Under the pieces are notes generated by a model that saw nothing but the letters and a program-made list of their open reading frames with translations, searched no databases and was not told where the DNA came from. From an uncultured Gemmatimonadales bacterium (lineage in GTDB: Bacteria > Gemmatimonadota > Gemmatimonadetes > Gemmatimonadales > Gemmatimonadaceae), in assembly GCA_963707505.1 (NCBI GenBank), contig CAVPQB010000003.1, forward strand, positions 1 through 64,000: a DNA stretch of 64,000 nucleotides. Direction: 5' to 3'. The translations under genes were made by a program, and so were the position numbers. Of the stretch, positions 63,174-64,000 are shown piece after piece (the stretch's first letter is position 1; the number at the start of each line of letters is the position of its first letter).

Positions 63174-64000
<827 letters not shown>

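Overview
The window has two parts joined abruptly at about 6,490. The left part (1-6,490) is a frameshift-rich block that resembles myxobacterial DNA by inference. It holds stress genes (SDR, hemerythrin, YhfW-like FAD/Rieske oxidoreductase) with sigma54-type promoters, a multi-zinc-ribbon protein, and a very GC-rich AraC/aldo-keto reductase unit with a duplicated operator-like motif. It cuts prmA off just before its FGTG motif, which suggests a chimeric join or an insertion. The right part looks like a Gemmatimonadota-type chromosome (inferred from gene order). It starts with mlaE-mlaF-mlaD, a class 3 asparaginase, a CMD-family gene and obgE-dprA-hemW-hrcA-dnaJ-prmA on the minus strand. A surface-polysaccharide region of about 47 kb follows (16.5-64 kb), with three Wzi-like outer-membrane proteins, an SLBB exporter, two apparent Wzx/Wzy/Wzz sets, two initiating transferases, gmd/fcl and a legionaminic-acid-type pathway. 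That pathway has no visible LegH/NeuD acetyltransferase but is surrounded by GNAT/FemAB-like, methyltransferase, deacetylase and AsnB tailoring genes. Two tRNAs lie in the locus: a canonical tRNA-Val(CAC) and an atypical tRNA(CAT). Nine transcription-unit starts carry a TAnnnT-type box 5-8 nt before the start codon, suggesting leaderless mRNAs. Most frameshifts are probably long-read indel errors. All calls come from reading motifs; no database searches were run.
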